Below are positions 47,274-47,606 of a DNA stretch of 47,606 bases, in pieces. This DNA comes from a virus: IMG/VR virus record IMGVR_UViG_3300044445_000049, positions 1 to 47,606 of that record. One strand, given 5' to 3'. The notes below the pieces were generated by a model. The model was not told the DNA's origin. It saw only the letters and a list, made by a program, of their open reading frames with translations, and searched no databases. A program made the position numbers and the translations under genes. Numbering within the stretch: position 1 is the stretch's first letter; each line of letters opens with the position of its first letter.

Positions 47274-47606
47274 TCAGAGGGCCCCCTCGAAGTCGTTCCA
47301 GTGGATCGTGACGCGCTCCGGCGAGCCCACAGGGTTCACGACGACGTGATCCATGACGCGGAGGAGCATGCGGCGCCGCTCGTCATCGTCCCGGGCCGCG
47401 TCCCACGCCTCTCGGTAGGTGCGTCCCGTGTAGACCACGTCCTCGACGACGCTGGGGGCCACCTCGCGGAGGGCGCGTCGCCGGGCCTTGAGGGCGAGCA
47501 TGCTCGACGTGATGTCGTCGGCCTCTTCCTCCTCGTCGGCCGCTGCCAGGCGCCCCGCTAGCTCCTTGAGGCGCGCCTCAACGTCTGCGAGCTCGGCGCC
47601 GGCGCC
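47274..47606 (-). CDS. int: Large serine recombinase, C-terminal part (the last 127 nt of this feature duplicate nt 1-127)
   Basis: In-frame continuation ..ITSSMLALKARRRALREVAPSVVEDVVYTGRTYREAWDAARDDDERRRMLLRVMDHVVVNPVGSPERVTIHWNDFEGAL*. Confidence 0.9.
   Translation of the reverse strand, partial: GAGAELADVEARLKELAGRLAAADEEEEADDITSSMLALKARRRALREVAPSVVEDVVYTGRTYREAWDAARDDDERRRMLLRVMDHVVVNPVGSPERVTIHWNDFEGAL

Noticed and set aside
47480-47606. The terminal 127-bp repeat as a genuine direct terminal repeat of the virion DNA.
   Set aside because: It lies inside the integrase ORF, which reads continuously across the junction. An exact overlap of this kind is more simply explained by circular assembly closure.

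Overview
High-GC window, with all but one inferred gene on the minus strand. It is a complete, circularly closed genome of a temperate siphovirus-type actinobacteriophage or excised prophage. Nt 1-127 are identical to nt 47480-47606, so the unique length is 47,479 bp. The junction cuts through a large serine integrase ORF that reads across it. Order along the minus strand (descending coordinates): integrase; an AT-rich operator/promoter module; about 15 small early genes; a 3-tRNA cluster; HNH endonuclease, P27-type small terminase and large terminase; a coiled-coil fibre gene; portal, MuF, scaffold and major capsid; connector genes; major tail protein; chaperones with a G_GGA_AAC -1 frameshift; tape measure; distal tail protein, minor tail proteins and an S74-type fibre; endolysin and holins; dNMP kinase; a second operator/promoter module; then an exonuclease, C5 methyltransferase, RNA ligase, nucleases, NrdH, primase-helicase, Pol I, a sigma-70-family sigma factor and small membrane/HTH genes. 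The most interesting signal is regulatory and has four parts. (1) A bipartite promoter-like motif, GGGCAnC-N12-GGCGGTCTCCTCTG, occurs ten times on the coding strand with invariant spacing; it resembles ECF-type promoters, co-occurs with the phage sigma factor, and sits exactly 7 nt before the ATG of four genes that lack a Shine-Dalgarno sequence. (2) Two roughly 100-bp AT-rich modules, largely identical to each other, each carry two GAAATGACG-N7/8-CGTCATTTC palindromes. (3) A family of near-identical sigma-A-like promoters, three of them leaderless. (4) Hairpin terminators partition the genome into cassettes. All functional calls come from motif recognition by eye; no searches were run.
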